This document shows positions 61,308-64,000 of a DNA stretch of 64,000 nt, piece after piece (within the stretch, counting starts at the first letter, position 1; each line of letters begins with the position of its first letter). The notes below the pieces were generated by a model. The model made no database searches, had not been told where the DNA came from, and saw nothing but the letters and a program-made list of their open reading frames with translations. The DNA lies in assembly GCA_025352405.1 (NCBI GenBank), contig JANXTM010000187.1, positions 632-64,631 of the forward strand, given 5' to 3'. Made by a program: the position numbers and the translations under genes. Source of the DNA: Polaromonas sp. GTDB taxonomy: Bacteria; Pseudomonadota; Gammaproteobacteria; Burkholderiales; Burkholderiaceae_C.

Positions 61308-61707
61308 GCAGGTTCAGGGTGGCGATCAAGGCCATGAACACGTCAACCCCCTGTTGCCCGTTGAGTTGCTCCAGCCGCTCCAGCACACCGATTTCTTCTA
61401 TGTTCGAGAAAGCCATTGAGAAATGGTTGAACCGGCGCCCGGGCAGCGGGCCGTGGTGAAACATTTCAATGTTGAAATGACGCGCGTCCTGGTAGATACG
61501 CTCCATCAGTGCCAGCACGTCCTTTTGTCTGCCTTCAATTTGCTGGCAAAAGCGTACGCCATCAAAAATCAGTACCCCTGTGATGTCGCAAGCCGCATTG
61601 GCAATGCGCGCATGCGCGGCCACGGCCCCCACAATAGCAAGCGGCGCGTCAGCCGCCATGGTGCTCACGTAAAGAATTTCATACGTTTTTGAGGCTGTTT
61701 TCATCAC
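61300..61707 (-). CDS. Stand-alone BLUF blue-light photoreceptor
   Basis: Conserved Tyr (ILYVS), N...ITGVL, F.Q.IEG (Gln), D.RH, RRF..FSM. Confidence 0.9.
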   Translation of the reverse strand: MMKTASKTYEILYVSTMAADAPLAIVGAVAAHARIANAACDITGVLIFDGVRFCQQIEGRQKDVLALMERIYQDARHFNIEMFHHGPLPGRRFNHFSMAFSNIEEIGVLERLEQLNGQQGVDVFMALIATLNLQA

Positions 61708-61832
61708 GGCTGGTCAATTGAGTGGGCTGGTGTCACGTGGCCATGTTAGGCGACGCGGCACTTTTACATTCAGACCGATGGCTGGAGCGCCCCAACTTCT
61801 GGTGGCACAGTTTCTGGTAACACGACGCCCCG

Positions 61833-62009
61833 CGGCACACCGCCGACGCGCTGGGCAGCCCACCGCTGCACACCAGAAAAACAGTGCGCAAGCAACACCG
61901 CGAGGGCCTGCACGGGATGAGAAACGGGCGGCTGCCCTTGCTCAATATCAACGCACTCAAACGCATTGCCAACCATGCCGACAGGTCGCCCAAAAAAGTG
62001 CCTTTGCTG
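61833..62009 (+). pseudogene. Crp/Fnr-family regulator remnant (C-terminal HTH only)
   Basis: RHTADALGSPPLHTRKTVRKQHREGLHGMRNGRLPLLNINALKRIA...VPLL resembles the Crp HTH (QHIADALGLSLVHTNKTLR..GL...GRL.LLN..AL); upstream in-frame TAA, no cNMP domain, no stop at the expected end. Confidence 0.6.
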
Positions 62010-62024
62010 TCGCGTCAACCGGTG

Positions 62025-62963
62025 TTAGCCGTCGATTTGGTTCGCCAGCGCGCGGAAGTCCTGCTCATAGCCTTTGAGTACACCCAGCGCTTTTCTGCGC
62101 TGCGATGCAGTGGTGCTGTTGTGCAGTTCAGCCATGGCCCGGCAGCCTTCCTGGGTGATCTTTTCAAGGTAGTCGCGGTAGGCTGCGTCAGGCGAGTCCA
62201 GCGTTCGCTCCAACAGTGCCCGCACATCTGTCCGGGCTGCGGCCAGATTGCCCGGCGTCAATGCGCGCAGGGTTTGCAGCGCGTCTTGCTGGCGGCGCAC
62301 CCTCTCGGCGTAGGCCAGCGCGGCATTGAAACCCGTCTGGTCTATCAACTGGCCAATGCGCTTGAGCTGCTGATTGTCCAATGGGCCGTACAGCATGTCA
62401 GCGCGGCTGACGGCCTGCTCGTAGCGCCTGGTGCGTACGGCGTCTGGCGTCGCGTCTATAAAGTCTTTGCGGTAGTCAGCATTGCCGCGGGAAAACTTGC
62501 GTTGCATGTGCTGCAGCTGTTCCGCTTGAAGGCTGATGGCCAGTGCCGCCACGGCGGGCTCGGCCCGGCTGGACACCACCTGCAACTTGCGGCGCACGTC
62601 CAGCACCACCGTACAGGCCTGGGCGGGGGTGATGTTTACCTGCATGAGGGGCTGCAGCTTGTACAGCAGATCGGCATATGCGGGAAGCTGGGTCTGACGG
62701 TGCCAGCCTTGCAAGCGGTTCAGGTCAGCCTTGACCTGCAGGCTTTGGGCGTCCGTGAAGTCTGCATACCCGTCGAGGTACCAATAGGCGAGCGACGGTG
62801 CCTGGCTGTAGCCAATTTTCACGGCGCTGCAAGCTGACACCAGAGCGGCCAGCGCCAGCACAGAGATAATCCCGAACCGACAGCAGATGGCTGGCAGAAT
62901 CTGCCCTGCAAGCCGGGTTTTTAGACCCGAACCCAACCTCGAAAAATTCACAGGAAACAGCAT
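62025..62963 (-). CDS. DUF6279-type lipoprotein (start uncertain)
   Basis: Lipobox VSAC-SAVKIGY, YWYLDGY, WHR..QLP; helical body; conserved neighbour type of glmU (recollection). Confidence 0.75.
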   Translation of the reverse strand: MLFPVNFSRLGSGLKTRLAGQILPAICCRFGIISVLALAALVSACSAVKIGYSQAPSLAYWYLDGYADFTDAQSLQVKADLNRLQGWHRQTQLPAYADLLYKLQPLMQVNITPAQACTVVLDVRRKLQVVSSRAEPAVAALAISLQAEQLQHMQRKFSRGNADYRKDFIDATPDAVRTRRYEQAVSRADMLYGPLDNQQLKRIGQLIDQTGFNAALAYAERVRRQQDALQTLRALTPGNLAAARTDVRALLERTLDSPDAAYRDYLEKITQEGCRAMAELHNSTTASQRRKALGVLKGYEQDFRALANQIDG

Positions 62964-64000
62964 GGCAATCCAGATTGATGTCGTCATCATGGCCGCAGGC
63001 AAGGGCACGCGGATGAAAAGCACGTTGCCCAAAGTGTTACACCGATTGGGCGGCCGCGCTTTGCTGGGCCATGTGCTGGACTGCGCTGCACAGTTATCGG
63101 CGCGGCAAGCGGTCGTTGTCACGGGCCACGGCGCTATCGAAGTTGAAGCAGCCTGCGCAGCCATGGCAAGCCGTAGCGGCTATTTTGACTTAAATTTTGC
63201 GCGCCAGGACCCGCAGCTGGGAACCGGCCACGCCGTGCAACAGGCTGTGCCCCTGCTTCTCGACGACGGCGTGACGCTGGTGCTGTCAGGCGACGTGCCC
63301 TTGACCCAGGCTGCTACCCTGACGTCCCTGCTGGACCAGTGCGACGGCCAGCGGCTGGCACTGCTGACCTTGAGCATGCTCGACCCCGCAGGCTACGGCC
63401 GCATCGTGCGCGCGCAAGCGCACGTTTCCGATCCTTTGCGCAGCGGCAGCGAAGCCTCAGCCCAGGTGCGCGCCATCGTCGAGCACAAGGACGCCACGCC
63501 AGCGCAGCGCCAGATCACCGAGATCTACAGCGGCATCATGGCCGTGCCCACGCGCCTGCTGCGCAGTTGGTTGGCCCGACTTGACAACAAAAATGCACAA
63601 AGCGAGTACTACCTGACCGACATCGTGAAATTTGCGGTGGCCGATGGTGTGGCCGTGGTGGCGCACCAGATTCTTGATGCCGCACAGGTCGCAGGCGTCA
63701 ACAGCCCGGTGCAACTGGCCGAACTGGAGCGCGTCTACCAGGGCCGGCTGGCCACCGCCTTTATGGAGCAAGGCGTGCGCCTGGCCGACCCGGCGCGGTT
63801 TGATGTGCGCGGCACACTGAGCTGTGGGCGCGATGTCGAGATCGACGTGAACTGCGTATTTGAAGGTACTGTTACTTTGGGCGATGGCGTACGCATCAGC
63901 GCCAACTGCGTGATCGCCAATTGCACCATTGCAGCTGGCGCCATGATTCACCCCTTCACCCACATTGACGGCGAAAAGCTCGGCGTGCAGGTGGGTGAAG
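62962..64000 (+). CDS. glmU: Bifunctional GlcNAc-1-P uridyltransferase/acetyltransferase (3' end outside the window; absent from the ORF track)
   Basis: VIMAAGKGTRMKS, QLGTGHAV, GDVP, GYGRI, EYYLTD, GVN, start of hexapeptide repeats. Confidence 0.96.
   Translation, partial: MAIQIDVVIMAAGKGTRMKSTLPKVLHRLGGRALLGHVLDCAAQLSARQAVVVTGHGAIEVEAACAAMASRSGYFDLNFARQDPQLGTGHAVQQAVPLLLDDGVTLVLSGDVPLTQAATLTSLLDQCDGQRLALLTLSMLDPAGYGRIVRAQAHVSDPLRSGSEASAQVRAIVEHKDATPAQRQITEIYSGIMAVPTRLLRSWLARLDNKNAQSEYYLTDIVKFAVADGVAVVAHQILDAAQVAGVNSPVQLAELERVYQGRLATAFMEQGVRLADPARFDVRGTLSCGRDVEIDVNCVFEGTVTLGDGVRISANCVIANCTIAAGAMIHPFTHIDGEKLGVQVGE
63132..63194 (-). repeat. Dispersed ~63-bp repeat, copy 8, in frame inside glmU
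   Basis: Reverse strand TTTAAGTCAAAATAGCC-N28-GCTTC-AACTTCG-ATAGC; encodes AIEVEAACAAMASRSGYFDLN. Confidence 0.75.

Noticed and set aside
61884-62837. 317-aa plus-strand ORF
   Set aside because: Only its first ~40 codons match the Crp remnant; the rest is the antisense shadow of the lipoprotein after loss of the stop
62964-63164. N-terminal extension of ORF 62025..63164
   Set aside because: Antisense to the start of glmU

Overview
64-kb chromosomal window of a GC-rich betaproteobacterium (gene content and protein sequences suggest Comamonadaceae, Polaromonas/Rhodoferax-like; this is inference). It runs from a 5'-truncated ilvA to a 3'-truncated glmU. Core genes: ilvA, cobT-cobS-cobC, queC, glmS, argB, hns, slt, 5-formyl-THF cyclo-ligase, gntK, glmU. 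Four accessory nutrient modules: (1) sigma54/PrpR-controlled Bug-LeuC-like-LeuD-like-ICL-family lyase operon; (2) LysR-SDR-TRAP-split transketolase-LtnD-like dehydrogenase; (3) RidA / peptide-type ABC / fold-III PLP deaminase / RpiR / D-aminoacylase; (4) a Pho-box-like TonB-dependent receptor-ExbB-ExbD-TonB-metallophosphatase unit with a divergent alkaline-phosphatase-superfamily lipoprotein. No rRNA, tRNA, CRISPR array or intact transposase was seen. Features missed by the ORF track: four decayed genes (DUF1080, IS21 istA, VOC/bleomycin-resistance-like, Crp/Fnr HTH), a possible Tn7-like end scar at the glmS att site, a (GGCTTCA)9 VNTR, and a second repeat family with a nested perfect palindrome. 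The most striking observation is a ~63-bp dispersed repeat (TTT..GYCAAW..GCC-N27-29-GCTAY-N7-RTAGC) with eight degenerate copies, seven of them overlapping protein-coding sequence in frame. All homology calls are from motif recognition, not database searches.
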